DNA of 62,446 nt, counting the filler, from Choristocarpus tenellus KU-1152 (Eukaryota > Protista > Phaeophyceae), in assembly GCA_964200185.2 (NCBI GenBank). It is 9 parts of 9 records of this genome, joined end to end, with 100 filler letters (N's around TTAATTAATTAA, not from the genome) between each part and the next. Parts side by side here need not be neighbours in the genome. Positions count along the whole stretch, not along the records: positions 59,911 to 62,446 come from CAXNAD020026974.1; 8 more parts are not named here. One strand, written 5' to 3'. Numbering within the stretch: position 1 is the first letter of the stretch; each line of letters opens with the position of its first letter. This document shows, piece after piece, positions 61,741 through 62,446 of the stretch. The position numbers and the translations under genes were made by a program. The notes under the pieces are model-generated. The model was not told the origin of the DNA. It saw only the letters and a list, made by a program, of their open reading frames with translations, and ran no database searches.

Positions 61741-62446
61741 TTCCCAAGTCTTCCAGAGGAAGATCGCTCGAATCCTCTCCTTTCTCCAAATGTGAAAATT
61801 CTTGGACTTGAACTTGGGTCATGAATATTTCTGTAACTCCCTTTTGGGATGACCACACCATTTGCAGTGAATGTCCTCACCCATTTCCGGTGCTCAGAAC
61901 CCCAACTTTGAGGTCTGCCAACAACTCTTCCGACCAAGGTCTGAGCCTTCGAGGCCTTCATGACCTTTCAAGCAGCAAGTCTTGCCGCGGCCAACCTCAA
62001 AATCTAAGCAAAACCTTATCTTCAACATCTCTACAAAACCCATGTGACATGGTTCATAATGATTTACCCAGACTCTTAGCCTCCAAATACACACACACAA
62101 TATGCACAATGTAAGGCATCCTACCTTACCCTTGCAAAAACAAAGATGAAGAGGGGTAAAAAAGACTATACCACAGCAGAGTGGCATTGCCTGAGCAAGG
62201 AACACCCCACAATTGTGGTTCCTTGAATCATAATGATAATTATGACATTGTTGCCGATACTCTGCAGCCTTTCAAATGTCACAGGCCTTTACGGACCAAG
62301 CTGACATCAGAAAACATTCAAACAAGAAAGATAGCCCGCCAATCATTATCTACCTCTCCCCTCCCCCCCCCCCCCCCCCCCCTTCTCTTCACCCAAACTC
62401 CCCCCCACCCCCACCCCCCGAAAACCCCCCGAAACCCTATAACCCC

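Overview
This is eukaryotic nuclear DNA, most likely from a photosynthetic stramenopile (ochrophyte, brown-alga-like lineage). The evidence is intron-rich genes, a signal peptide followed by an 'SAF' plastid-targeting motif, and interstitial TTAGGG repeats. The window is not one locus: it is nine contigs joined by artificial 100-nt spacers (N44-TTAATTAATTAA-N44), so neighbourhoods across spacers carry no meaning. Hand-spliced genes: the 5' part of a single-chain ATP-citrate lyase (12 exons, 624 codons), the 3' part of GFAT, a UDP-glycosyltransferase head-to-head with a dynamin-related GTPase, RhoGAP and ARID fragments, and a plastid-targeted protein. There is also a single-pass membrane protein whose cytoplasmic tail has two PPxY motifs followed by an MLKL/CC-like helical bundle, which is the best candidate for an undescribed immune or cell-death system. 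Decayed mobile DNA is abundant: DD39D mariner, pogo/Tigger, piggyBac-like, CRE-type LINE, Copia gag, a two-subfamily MITE at 7 of 16 contig breaks, and Helentron/HINE-like termini. Splicing oddities include two GC-AG introns, an in-phase alternative donor controlling an NLS-like ACLY linker, and a duplicated acceptor in GFAT. All domain calls are by-eye motif recognition and no database searches were run.
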